A DNA stretch of 64,000 bases from Emcibacteraceae bacterium. GTDB taxonomy: Bacteria > Pseudomonadota > Alphaproteobacteria > Sphingomonadales > Emcibacteraceae. Made by a program: the position numbers and the translations under genes. The notes beneath the pieces are model-generated. The model was not told the DNA's origin. It was given only the letters and a program-made list of their open reading frames with translations, and did no database searches. Shown here piece after piece: positions 20,472 through 28,107 of the stretch. Where the stretch lies: contig JAJFIR010000040.1 of assembly GCA_021774795.1 (NCBI GenBank), positions 10,326 to 74,325 of the forward strand. Direction: 5' to 3'. The first letter of the stretch is position 1; each line of letters opens with the position of its first letter.

Positions 20472-20497
20472 GTAACGTTTTCAGGTTTGGATCGTCT
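20472..20497 (+). promoter_or_regulatory. Candidate ECF-type promoter upstream of the ECF sigma gene
   Basis: (T)GTAAC at 20472-20476, a 16-nt spacer, then CGTCT at 20493-20497. This resembles the ECF consensus GAAC/GTAAC-N16-17-CGTC. It lies about 220 nt upstream of the sigma start. Confidence 0.35.
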
Positions 20498-20713
20498 TTA
20501 CTTGTATCCATAGCGTTTGTAACAGCGGTAGAGGCACTTTCTCCAAAGATATCCTGTGCTTTCCTTCAGGATCGTTTCTATCGCTGGTACAACCGAGAAG
20601 TAGGTTCAAGCCTATGTATCTGGCTTATAAAACTATTGCTCTCTAACAAACATTGTTTAAGATATTTATTCAGGTAACAAATATTTTTTGGGCTTGTTTA
20701 GCTGGAAAGTGAA

Positions 20714-21337
20714 TTGTTTAGAATGAAGGTTGATGAAAGACATCAAACTTTGGCTGCGGATAATGAAAACCAAATTAATGCTCTAAAAGAAGGAAGGGCA
20801 GAAGCTTGGAAGGAAGTTTTGACGCAATATGGATCCGGTATTCTTGCGTATGCTGCAAGAATGCTAGGTGATAAAACGTCCGCAGAAGATGTTGTACAAG
20901 ATGCACTTGTAAATGTGTATAGAACGATTGATAGCTTTGAAGGTCAGTGTAGCATTAAAAGTTGGCTTTATCGCGCTGTAAGAAATCGGGCAATTGATGA
21001 AATTCGCCGACAAAAGCGATTTGTGGATGTGGGCCATGATCCGGAAAATGATTATTTTAAAGAAGACGATGGCCATTGGAAAGATGAATGTTTTGAATGG
21101 GATGGCCATGCCGCAAGAGAACTTGATCATAAAAACCTTTTGAGATTAGTGCATAAAGAAATAAATAACTTGCCTCATGCTTATCGCGAGGTTCTGTTGT
21201 TAAAAGAAATAGAAGAGCTTGAAGTAAGTGAAATATGTGCAGCACTGGAAATCAGCGCAGGCAATTTAAGAATTCGAATTCACCGGGCGCGGTCTGCATT
21301 AAGAGCGGCGGTTCAGTTTAGTTCGAATAAGGAGTGA
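20714..21337 (+). CDS. ECF (group 4) RNA polymerase sigma-70 factor
   Basis: 207 aa with region 2 (DVVQDALVNVYRTIDSFEGQCSIKSWLYRAVRNRAIDEIRR) and region 4 (LPHAYREVLLLKEIEELEVSEICAALEISAGNLRIRIHRAR). The start is TTG at 20714 or ATG at 20723. Confidence 0.9.
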   Translation: MFRMKVDERHQTLAADNENQINALKEGRAEAWKEVLTQYGSGILAYAARMLGDKTSAEDVVQDALVNVYRTIDSFEGQCSIKSWLYRAVRNRAIDEIRRQKRFVDVGHDPENDYFKEDDGHWKDECFEWDGHAARELDHKNLLRLVHKEINNLPHAYREVLLLKEIEELEVSEICAALEISAGNLRIRIHRARSALRAAVQFSSNKE

Positions 21338-21343
21338 AAAACC

Positions 21344-21625
21344 ATGTATAGTAAATGCAGTGTTATAGCGCAGAAAATATCTGAAATAATTGATCGTGAT
21401 GCAAACTTTGTAACGCGGTTCCGGTTTTATACTCATTTGATGATTTGCCCAAAATGCCTTGATTATTTCCGCCAGTTCAAATTATTAAAAGCGGCGGCAC
21501 ATGAGCCCAACCCCGATCAGCTACCGGCCGATTTTGATAATGTCATGAGTTTCGTATTGGATGAGATTGAGAAGAAACAGACTAAGGACAATATTTCGAA
21601 GGATCACCCTGTAGAAGAAAACTAG
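21344..21625 (+). CDS. Soluble zinc-binding anti-sigma factor (ZAS, RsrA-like)
   Basis: 93 aa, starting 6 nt after the sigma gene. It has the HxxxCxxC motif (H31 LMI C35 PK C38) plus C5, and no transmembrane segment. Confidence 0.75.
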   Translation: MYSKCSVIAQKISEIIDRDANFVTRFRFYTHLMICPKCLDYFRQFKLLKAAAHEPNPDQLPADFDNVMSFVLDEIEKKQTKDNISKDHPVEEN

Positions 21626-21652
21626 AAAATTACTGGTTCTTTCTAATTTAAC

Positions 21653-21877
21653 TCATTCTTTCGTAAACATATCCAGCGAGGCCAACAACGCGCTGCCGGA
21701 AATTAAAAAACATGCTGCGCCTAGCGGAGCAATCCCGATGGTATGACCGCTTACGACACCTTGTTTTCCTTCGATTTCGAGTTCCATATTACCTTTAAAA
21801 GGTATCACGGTCTGGTGTAAGTCCTCGTGACTATGATTTATTTGGTTATGGCTGTATTTTTTGATGTTATTTGCCAC
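21653..21877 (-). CDS. Small His-rich protein with a C-terminal hydrophobic helix (hypothetical)
   Basis: 74 aa. The N-terminus has 5 His in 20 residues (YSHNQINHSHEDLH). The C-terminus is IGIAPLGAACFLISGSALLASL. It starts 3 nt after the stop of the upstream yjbR-like gene. Confidence 0.45.
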   Translation of the reverse strand: MANNIKKYSHNQINHSHEDLHQTVIPFKGNMELEIEGKQGVVSGHTIGIAPLGAACFLISGSALLASLDMFTKE

Positions 21878-21880
21878 TAT

Positions 21881-22240
21881 TTAGTCCGCTAGCCCTAATT
21901 CTGCGCGCTGTTTCTTAGTTAGCTTCTTCGAAATAATATCATAAGCTGCCTTGATATAATCTTTTATGTCACCCGTGTTCATGGCATCCTGGTTTTGTAT
22001 CTGCACCCACTTTGCACGGGCAAGGTAGGGGGCCGGTATAATGCCGTCAAGCTCACATAATATCTGATAGTTTAAGTCACTACATTTGAAGCTGATCTTA
22101 TGCTGTTTGCCTTCGCCCCAATAAGGGCAGATCGCAAATATTTTCCCGCCAATTTTCCATACACTGGCATCACCCCATTGAATGACATGTGTTGTGGATT
22201 TTAAGCTCGCACAATATTGATCAAATTCGTCGCGGGTCAT
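21881..22240 (-). CDS. MmcQ/YjbR-family DNA-binding protein
   Basis: 119 aa. WGDASVWKIGGKIFAI...FKCSDLNYQIL...PAPYLARAKWVQI is typical of the YjbR fold family. Confidence 0.75.
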   Translation of the reverse strand: MTRDEFDQYCASLKSTTHVIQWGDASVWKIGGKIFAICPYWGEGKQHKISFKCSDLNYQILCELDGIIPAPYLARAKWVQIQNQDAMNTGDIKDYIKAAYDIISKKLTKKQRAELGLAD

Positions 22241-22442
22241 TCATCGCTTTCCTATGTTCGATCAGTGCAGATAAATAAATGGCAGCCGATGCTACATTAT
22301 TAACTTCATACGGATCATTAATAAGATCATAATGCTCTTCAGCGGGACCCGGCTTAAATTGGATGACATTGACAATGGTCGCTACAAGCGTGGTCTTCAT
22401 TGCTAATATAAGTTTGGTTAACATTAATTGGTGTCCTCCCAT
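22221..22442 (-). pseudogene. Relic of a sulfatase C-terminus (DUF4976-like fragment)
   Basis: The ORF fills the glk/yjbR gap and overlaps both neighbours. It reads ...FKPGPAEEHYDLINDPYEVNNVA..., matching the conserved ELYDLxxDPxExxNLA end of arylsulfatases. No catalytic N-terminal domain is present. Confidence 0.5.
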
Positions 22443-23401
22443 TGGTTTAGACCCAATTCAGCCATAGCAGCCCCCAAAAGGGCGGAATTTTTCGTCGTTA
22501 TGATATGAACTGGAACGTCTTTTACATAGCGGCTCATCGGGCCTTTGTCACAAAATCGTGCCATAAAATTACTCGTGTTCAGCAGCTCAATTATATTGGG
22601 CACAATGCCGCCGCCAATATATATCCCACCCTTGGCGCCATGGGCCAATGTTATATCGCCTGCGACACTACCGAGGATAGAGAAAAAAACCTCCAAAGTC
22701 TTAATGCATAAAGTGTCAGTTCCATTTTTCGCTGCCAGAGTTATTTCCGGTGCGGTAAAGGCTTTCGCATCACTGCCCGCCAAAAACGAATAGAGGTGTT
22801 TAAGGCCGGGGCCGGAAACGACCGCATCAATAGATACATGGTCTAGGGTTCTTTCCAAATACAGACAAAATTCACGTTCAATCTCGGTCTTGGGCGCAAA
22901 AGACATATGGCCTGGTTCGGCGGAAATAACCTTCAATCCCGTTTCGGACGGCACACCGATCGCCGCGCCAAAACCTGAACCCGCACCAATGACACTGAAT
23001 GGCGCATCTATGAGACCATTTTTAAAGGGAGTAATCGGATGTAAATCTTCATCAGATAAATTTGGAATAGCGTAGATATGGGCGGCGTAGTCATTTAAAA
23101 AAGTTACTTTATCAAAGCCAAAATTTTGCTTAAATTTGCCTGATGTGAATTGCCAATTATGGTGCCAGATATATCCCCGATCAGGATAGACCTCGCCCGC
23201 TACAGAAAGTTTTGCGATGCTTGGTACGTCGCCCTTCAAATTATCAAGATAGGCAGCCAACATCAGAGAAAGTGAATTATAATTTTGGCATAATAAATTT
23301 TGGTACGAATGTATCCGCGGCAACCGACCATTGTCGAATTCAGCGATTGCAAACCTGCCATTTGTCCCACCAACATCAGATACCAATATTTGTTTGTTCA
23401 T
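22424..23401 (-). CDS. glk: Glucokinase
   Basis: 325 aa with the ROK-less Glk N-terminus ILVSDVGGTNGRFAI and IGGGI-type motifs (GGIYIGGGIVPN). Confidence 0.88.
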   Translation of the reverse strand: MNKQILVSDVGGTNGRFAIAEFDNGRLPRIHSYQNLLCQNYNSLSLMLAAYLDNLKGDVPSIAKLSVAGEVYPDRGYIWHHNWQFTSGKFKQNFGFDKVTFLNDYAAHIYAIPNLSDEDLHPITPFKNGLIDAPFSVIGAGSGFGAAIGVPSETGLKVISAEPGHMSFAPKTEIEREFCLYLERTLDHVSIDAVVSGPGLKHLYSFLAGSDAKAFTAPEITLAAKNGTDTLCIKTLEVFFSILGSVAGDITLAHGAKGGIYIGGGIVPNIIELLNTSNFMARFCDKGPMSRYVKDVPVHIITTKNSALLGAAMAELGLNQWEDTN

Positions 23402-23480
23402 TACCCATCCTTATACTGACTTTTAAGTCTAATGATTTTGAAGTATAAGGAAATAATAAAAATCAAAATTAGGGACTCTT

Positions 23481-25100
23481 ATGCTGGCAGTCTTTTCTTT
23501 CATTGGCTTTACGGGGCTCGTGGCAGCTATTTCTTATTTAAAGACACGCAATGATAAAATGGCGACGTCGGACGATTATTTTCTCGGTGGGCGTAGTCTT
23601 ACGGCATGGGTAATCGCCGGTTCTTTAATGTTGACGAATTTATCGACAGAACATCTCATCGGTCTAAATGCCGATGCGTTTTCCCACACTGTCGCTGTCA
23701 TGGCGTGGGAGACAACGGCCGCTCTTGCGATGGTGCTAACGGCATTATATTTTCTTCCAAAATATTTGCGTAGCGGACTTACAACGATACCGGAATATAT
23801 CGCAAATCGATATGATCAAAAAACACGACTTATTGCAACGTTGCTTTTTTTGTTTTCCTATGTCGTGGCCATTTTACCGGTCGTACTGTTATTTGGTGCA
23901 AGTGGTCTCGAAAGTCTGTTTGATGTTTCAAAATCCTTGGGGATCACCAAATTAACTGCAATATGGCTTATGGTCTGGACCGTGGGAACATTGGGGTCGC
24001 TCTATGCGATTTTCGGCGGATTAAAAGCGGTGGCAATTTCTGATACCGTTAATGGTATTGGGTTTCTTGCGTTCGGGTTGCTCATACCTTTTTTAGCACT
24101 TTCATACGTCGGTTCCGGTAATATCGTCTATGGTCTTGATTTGGTATATAATAGCGCACCGGAAAAATTTGATATTACCGGTGATGAACCCGGTTCGTTC
24201 CTACCGTTCGGCGTTCTTTTTACCGGCATGATTATTAACCAAATATTCTTTTGGTGCACAAATCAATCAATTATTCAGCGCGCTTTAGGTGCCAAAAACC
24301 TGGCTGAAGGGCAGAAAGGCGTTCTTATTGCGGCATCGTTCAAAATAATAGGACCGATCGCCATCGTATTGCCTGGGGTTATCGCTTTTTATATGTTTAA
24401 AGGGGAACTTAATGGTGCGAATGCTATGCTTGCCTATCCGATGTTGGTCAAGGAAGTATTGCCATCAGCACTCGTTGGGCTCTTTGCTGCTGTTATGGTT
24501 GGGGCGGTACTGAGCACATTTAACAGTGTTTTAAACAGCGCAGCGACATTATTCAGTCAAGGTATTTACAATGTGTTTATAAACGATAGTGCAACTGGTC
24601 GCCAGCTGGTTTGGTCAGGGCGGGTTTGCAGTATTGTGCTGGCTTTGGCCGCGATGATCGCCGCACCTATGATTAATACTGAAGGAAGCCTTTATAATTA
24701 TTTGCAAAAAATTAACGCGACCTTTTTCGGACCGATGCTTGCCGTAATTTTACTTGGATTATTTACTAAATTTGTAACAGCACGAGCAGCGAAGGTTGCG
24801 ATGATTATTAGCCCCATAATATTTTATTTTCTTGTTTTTACTTTTTCTGACCAAGTTCAAATGATTGCCAAGAAAATTTTTAACACCGCCGATGAAATCC
24901 ACTTTTTACATTTTCTGGCTTTGGTCTTTATTGCAACTGCGGTCATAATGGTCTTGATTAGCAAACTTTGGCCGGAAGATTACAAAGAAATTAAAGTAGA
25001 AGAAGCGAAAGTTGAAATGTCACCGTGGAAACACGCAAAACTGGCCAGCGTTATTATTTCTGTCTGCGCTATCGGTACATATGTTACGTTAGCACAATAG
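23481..25100 (+). CDS. Sodium:solute symporter (SSF family, SGLT-like)
   Basis: 539 aa with about 13-14 hydrophobic helices. YFLGGRSLTAWVIAGSLMLTNLSTEHLIGLNA resembles sugar-type SSF members. Confidence 0.85.
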   Translation: MLAVFSFIGFTGLVAAISYLKTRNDKMATSDDYFLGGRSLTAWVIAGSLMLTNLSTEHLIGLNADAFSHTVAVMAWETTAALAMVLTALYFLPKYLRSGLTTIPEYIANRYDQKTRLIATLLFLFSYVVAILPVVLLFGASGLESLFDVSKSLGITKLTAIWLMVWTVGTLGSLYAIFGGLKAVAISDTVNGIGFLAFGLLIPFLALSYVGSGNIVYGLDLVYNSAPEKFDITGDEPGSFLPFGVLFTGMIINQIFFWCTNQSIIQRALGAKNLAEGQKGVLIAASFKIIGPIAIVLPGVIAFYMFKGELNGANAMLAYPMLVKEVLPSALVGLFAAVMVGAVLSTFNSVLNSAATLFSQGIYNVFINDSATGRQLVWSGRVCSIVLALAAMIAAPMINTEGSLYNYLQKINATFFGPMLAVILLGLFTKFVTARAAKVAMIISPIIFYFLVFTFSDQVQMIAKKIFNTADEIHFLHFLALVFIATAVIMVLISKLWPEDYKEIKVEEAKVEMSPWKHAKLASVIISVCAIGTYVTLAQ

Positions 25101-25117
25101 ATAAGGAGAGAGTTAAT

Positions 25118-26338
25118 ATGGGTAAAACCGATAGACGCGATTTCATGAAACTCGCAAGCAGTGTTTCAGCCGGCGTAATTTTAACGGGTAGCGCCGCGAC
25201 GATCGCGCGGGCGCAGGAAACTGAATTGGCAGGCCCGCCACCACAAACAGTTGAAGATCAGTTCGATACCTGGGTTGAATTAAACATTGATAATTTAAAT
25301 CATAATATTGCGGAGGTGCGCCGCAAAGTTGCTGAACGCCCTATTATGGCAGTGATAAAATGTAATGCATATGGCCATGGGATCGTTGAAATCGCCAAAT
25401 CAATGGTGCTGAAAGGGATTGAACATTTTGCAGTTGTAAAGATGGATGAAGGTGAACTGCTTCGTCATAACAGGGTAGGGGGTATGATCCTGAATTTGGG
25501 ACCATTTTCGCCCAGGGACGCCAGAACAGCCATCACCCACAATATAAGCCAGTCTGTTTTTTCGGACGCCGTAGAAATATTAAACGAAGAAGCCGGAAAG
25601 CTTAATCGCAAAGCAAAGGTCCATATTAAATTAGACACAGGTCTTGGTCGTGTTGGGGTGCCATATAAAATTGCCGATGCATTCGTTGAAAAAGTCGCTG
25701 CGCTTCCTAATATCGAAATTGAAGGTGTGCTTACGGCGATGACCGAAGACGCAGATTATAATCCACTTCAAATCGACCGGTTGAATAGGGTTTATAATAA
25801 TGCAAAAGCCAAGGGTATTGATTTAGGCATTCGCCACGCGGCATCAAGTGCAGAAGTTGATCATGATCCAAATTCCTATCTTGATATGGTACGTCCCGGA
25901 AGTTCGCTGGTTGGTTTGGAACCCATGCCTAATATGGATATTAAGCCGGTACTTGGTGTCAAGACGCGGGTGATATATGTCAAAGACATGGTGCCGGGAG
26001 AATCCGTTGGTTACCATCAAGCCTACAAAATCGAAAAACCAATGCGTATCGCTACGTTGCCCTTGGGTTATTCTGATGGCTTTTCCCTTAATTCCGTTAA
26101 CAATGCTAACGTCATAATAAAAGGTAAAAAATACCCGATGGTAGGTTTGATTACTGCTAATCATACTATCATTGATGTTACCGGTTCAAACGGCATTGAA
26201 ATTGGTGAAATGGTTACTGTCATAGGAAAAGACGGTGAAGAGGAAATTACAAACACCGAGTATTCCAACCAAACAGGTGGCCATGCTTATCATACGGCCA
26301 ATTGCTTAAAGTCATATTTGACACGATTAAAAGTTTAG
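25118..26338 (+). CDS. Alanine racemase-family PLP enzyme with a twin-arginine (Tat) signal peptide
   Basis: I prefer the start at ATG 25118, preceded by aaggagag. The N-terminus is MGKTDRRDFMKLASSVSAGVILTGSAATIARA-QE (RRxFxK + h-region + AxA). The racemase PLP-Lys motif is AVIKCNAYGHG. The ORF-track start at 25025 lies inside the symporter gene. Confidence 0.82.
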   Translation: MGKTDRRDFMKLASSVSAGVILTGSAATIARAQETELAGPPPQTVEDQFDTWVELNIDNLNHNIAEVRRKVAERPIMAVIKCNAYGHGIVEIAKSMVLKGIEHFAVVKMDEGELLRHNRVGGMILNLGPFSPRDARTAITHNISQSVFSDAVEILNEEAGKLNRKAKVHIKLDTGLGRVGVPYKIADAFVEKVAALPNIEIEGVLTAMTEDADYNPLQIDRLNRVYNNAKAKGIDLGIRHAASSAEVDHDPNSYLDMVRPGSSLVGLEPMPNMDIKPVLGVKTRVIYVKDMVPGESVGYHQAYKIEKPMRIATLPLGYSDGFSLNSVNNANVIIKGKKYPMVGLITANHTIIDVTGSNGIEIGEMVTVIGKDGEEEITNTEYSNQTGGHAYHTANCLKSYLTRLKV

Positions 26339-26465
26339 GAAGAATAAAGTAAGGTAAATATATGGCGGGGGATTAATTCCCGTAATTAAAGGCGTAACTG
26401 CGGATGGTATAGGTACATAGCTGAGCTTTATAGTGCAGCTTTTATGCTATATTTATACTGGATGG

Positions 26466-26536
26466 TCCGCTCTTAAGGGGAGCAAACATCTAACAATGAA
26501 ACAGCAAATGCAATGAATTGCTCAAGCCAGAGCGGA
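26466..26536. other. Nested long-range hairpin in the ORF-free convergent gap (candidate sRNA core)
   Basis: TCCGCTCT (26466-26473) pairs perfectly with AGAGCGGA (26529-26536). Inside it, GAGCAA (26479-26484) pairs with TTGCTC (26518-26523). The strand is undetermined. Confidence 0.35.
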
Positions 26537-26603
26537 AATGCCAACACAAAATGACCCCGAAAAGATGGAAAGTGCATAGCGAAAGTAATATATGTTTATC
26601 GGT

Positions 26604-27293
26604 TTAAATCAATTCCATTGATTTGAAGCTGCTATGGCCACTTTTTGAAATGATTAGATGATCATGGAGCAATACACCAAGTTGCTTGCCTGCGTCTTCT
26701 ATTTTTTTTGTCATTTCAATATCGTCGCGGCTTGGTGTTGGATCACCACTTGGATGATTATGCACTAATATGATAGCCGTTGATTGAAGCTCTAGTGCGC
26801 GCTTGATAATTTCACGCGGATAAACGGGAGTATGATCAACCGTTCCTTCCTGCATCTTTTCATCCGCGATCAGTCTGTTCTGTCGGTCGAGAAACAGCAC
26901 TCTGAACTGTTCGGTTTTTTTGTAGGCCATTTGTGAACCACAATAATCAAGCAGTGCCTGCCAATTGGCGAGCACGGGCTTTTGCATGATTATACCTTGA
27001 GCTAATTTTTGGGCACTGGCTTCGACTAATTTTATATGGGTTATAACATTTTCGCCAACACCTGAAATTTCCGTCAGACGTTCTGGAGACGCGCTAATTG
27101 CTTCCGCATAGGACCCAAATTCACTTATAAGCTCTTTCGCAAGTGGTTTGACGTCACGTCTTGGGATAGCACCCATCAATAAGAGCTCCAGAAGTTCATA
27201 ATCGGCGAGGGCGTCACCACCCCCTTTTCGAAAACGCGCTTTAAGGCGTTCTCTATGTCCAATTCTGTGATCTTTTTTATTATTCTGTGACAT
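26604..27293 (-). CDS. radC: RadC-family JAB/MPN domain protein
   Basis: I prefer the start MSQNNKKDHRIGHRERLKARF at 27293. It has an HhH region and the JAMM motif HNHPSGDPTPS. The longer ORF-track start would overlap map by 155 nt. Confidence 0.88.
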   Translation of the reverse strand: MSQNNKKDHRIGHRERLKARFRKGGGDALADYELLELLLMGAIPRRDVKPLAKELISEFGSYAEAISASPERLTEISGVGENVITHIKLVEASAQKLAQGIIMQKPVLANWQALLDYCGSQMAYKKTEQFRVLFLDRQNRLIADEKMQEGTVDHTPVYPREIIKRALELQSTAIILVHNHPSGDPTPSRDDIEMTKKIEDAGKQLGVLLHDHLIISKSGHSSFKSMELI

Positions 27294-28107
27294 AGGGCGG
27301 ATGAGTAAGGCCAGTGGGTGATAAAGTAAAGATTTCGACACCGTCGCTGGTAACGCCCATACTATGTTCAAATTGAGCAGACAGCGATTTATCCCTTGTA
27401 ACTGCCGTCCAGTCATCAGAAAGTACTTTGACATCCTTACCGCCGAGATTGATCATTGGCTCTATCGTAAAAAACATACCCTCTTTAATTACAGGGCCTT
27501 CGCCCGGCACTCCATAATGCAATACATTTGGGGAGTCGTGAAATATACGTCCAAGGCCATGACCGCAAAATACCTCAACAACGCTGCATCTCTGGCTGTG
27601 GGCATATTCCTGAATGGCGTAGCCGATATCACCCATAGTATTTCCAGGCTTCACTTGCGCTATACCGCGCATCAAACATTCATATGTTATATCGACAAGG
27701 CGTTGTGCTTTGACGTTTGGTTTTCCAACGTGAAACATGCGGCTTGTATCGCCAAACCAACCATCAACAATTACGGTGACATCGATGTTGATAATGTCAC
27801 TGCTTTTTAACTTTTTGGGGCCGGGAATGCCATGACACACCACGTGATTAATTGACGTGCAGATGGATTTTGGAAAACCGTTATAATTTAGGGGCGCACT
27901 TACCGCGCCTCTCTCAGTGACAAAGTCAGCACATATTTTATCAAGTTCGTCTGTAGTAACGCCAGGAACAACTAATGGTGTTATCATATCCAATGTTTCG
28001 GCCGCTAAGCGTCCTGCCTTGCGCATGCCCACATAATCCATTGACTCGTATATTTTAATAGCACTTGTTGCTTCAACAGGGGCTTCGGATGCTTTTACAT
28101 ATCTCAT
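27280..28107 (-). CDS. map: Type I methionine aminopeptidase
   Basis: 275 aa with VCHGIP, DIINIDVTVIVDGWFGDTSRMF, GHGLGRIFH, FTIEPM and QFEHS metal-ligand motifs. Confidence 0.96.
   Translation of the reverse strand: MRYVKASEAPVEATSAIKIYESMDYVGMRKAGRLAAETLDMITPLVVPGVTTDELDKICADFVTERGAVSAPLNYNGFPKSICTSINHVVCHGIPGPKKLKSSDIINIDVTVIVDGWFGDTSRMFHVGKPNVKAQRLVDITYECLMRGIAQVKPGNTMGDIGYAIQEYAHSQRCSVVEVFCGHGLGRIFHDSPNVLHYGVPGEGPVIKEGMFFTIEPMINLGGKDVKVLSDDWTAVTRDKSLSAQFEHSMGVTSDGVEIFTLSPTGLTHPPYVTE

Noticed and set aside
20598-20622. tRNA T-arm-like string AGGTTCAAGCCTATGTA about 170 nt downstream of tRNA-Pro, considered as a possible attR or duplicated tRNA end.
   Set aside because: Only the AGGTTCAA core matches the tRNA-Pro T-loop. 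The stem is 4 bp with a 6-nt loop, no acceptor-stem complement is present, and similarity to the real 3' end decays immediately. This is too weak to call an att remnant.
25025-25117. Upstream start (25025) given in the ORF track for the racemase gene.
   Set aside because: This extension overlaps the last 76 nt of the symporter gene and encodes an implausible Cys/Tyr/Arg-rich peptide. ATG 25118 has a strong RBS and yields a textbook Tat signal.
27294-27434. N-terminal extension of radC (ORF-track start 27434).
   Set aside because: It would overlap map by 155 nt. The RadC similarity begins near MSQNNKKDHRIGHRERL, whose ATG is at 27293.
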